Assembly: GCF_009834535.1 (NCBI RefSeq)
Contig: NC_045697.1
Location: 105,774,001 to 105,838,000 of the forward strand
Length of the DNA stretch: 64,000 nt
Direction of reading: 5' to 3'
DNA from: Camelus ferus
Lineage: Eukaryota
Position 1 is the first letter of the stretch. Every line of letters begins with the position of its first letter. A model generated the notes under the pieces. That model searched no databases. It was not told the origin of the DNA and worked only from the letters and a program-made list of their open reading frames with translations. Shown here one piece after another: positions 63,529 through 64,000 of the stretch. Made by a program: the position numbers and the translations under genes.

Positions 63529-64000
63529 TTGAACATCATGATTTCCAAGGGCATGTGTGTAGGGGGAGCTAAAAGCTACCCTTTAAAGGCTGACTCCTGT
63601 TTCCCATGGCCACTATGACCATTTTCTTCTCATTTCTAAATATTCCCTATGAACATCTTTAAACACTTAGATGTTATCTCTGTGGTTAATAAAGGAAATT
63701 CTTATCTTATTTAAAAATGTAAATTAGTTGAATGGTGAAATCTAGAATGAAATTCAGATTTGTTTTCCCTCTAGAAAATACCAGCTGTAGTCATCCACAG
63801 AATATGAGTTGCCATTACATCCATACATCCCCCCAAAATTGAAAAAATGTATCCCCTGCCAGGGCCTCAGGGGTATACAACAAATAATACAAGAGTTCTG
63901 TCCACAAGGAGTTTTTCTTCTGTAGAGAAGATAGGACAAATATCAAAGCAAATATAATGTGGAAAAGAATAAGTGCCTGAAACATAGGGATGAAGTATGT

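Overview
This is 64 kb of AT-rich, CpG-depleted mammalian non-coding DNA (large intron or intergenic). It is most likely from a camelid, based on two Vic-1-type tRNA-derived SINEs, cetartiodactyl-type L1 3' ends and no Bov-tA/PRE/SINEC/Alu that I could see. I could not support any host protein-coding exon, RNA gene or CpG-island promoter; the ORF track is chance ORFs plus transposon remnants. About 29.6-52.4 kb is almost wall-to-wall transposable elements: a complete LTR-int-LTR MaLR provirus, an ancient CR1 ORF2 fragment, a near full-length Tigger1, and an old L1 nested with MLT1, MER58A and an ERV1 LTR, followed by L2, a MER41-like LTR and MER45B. About 52.4-63.2 kb is TE-poor and contains enhancer-like blocks. 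I found no convincing novel biological system. The most unusual signals are fine-scale mutational records: a 108-bp templated insertion into Tigger1 copied from an LTR 1.27 kb away, a doubled Tigger1 terminus, a SINE with an apparent 3' transduction ending at a Pol III terminator, a fold-back inversion inside another SINE, and a 168-bp tandem duplication. Repeat family names come from my recollection of consensus sequences, not from a database search; boundaries are approximate unless TSDs are given.
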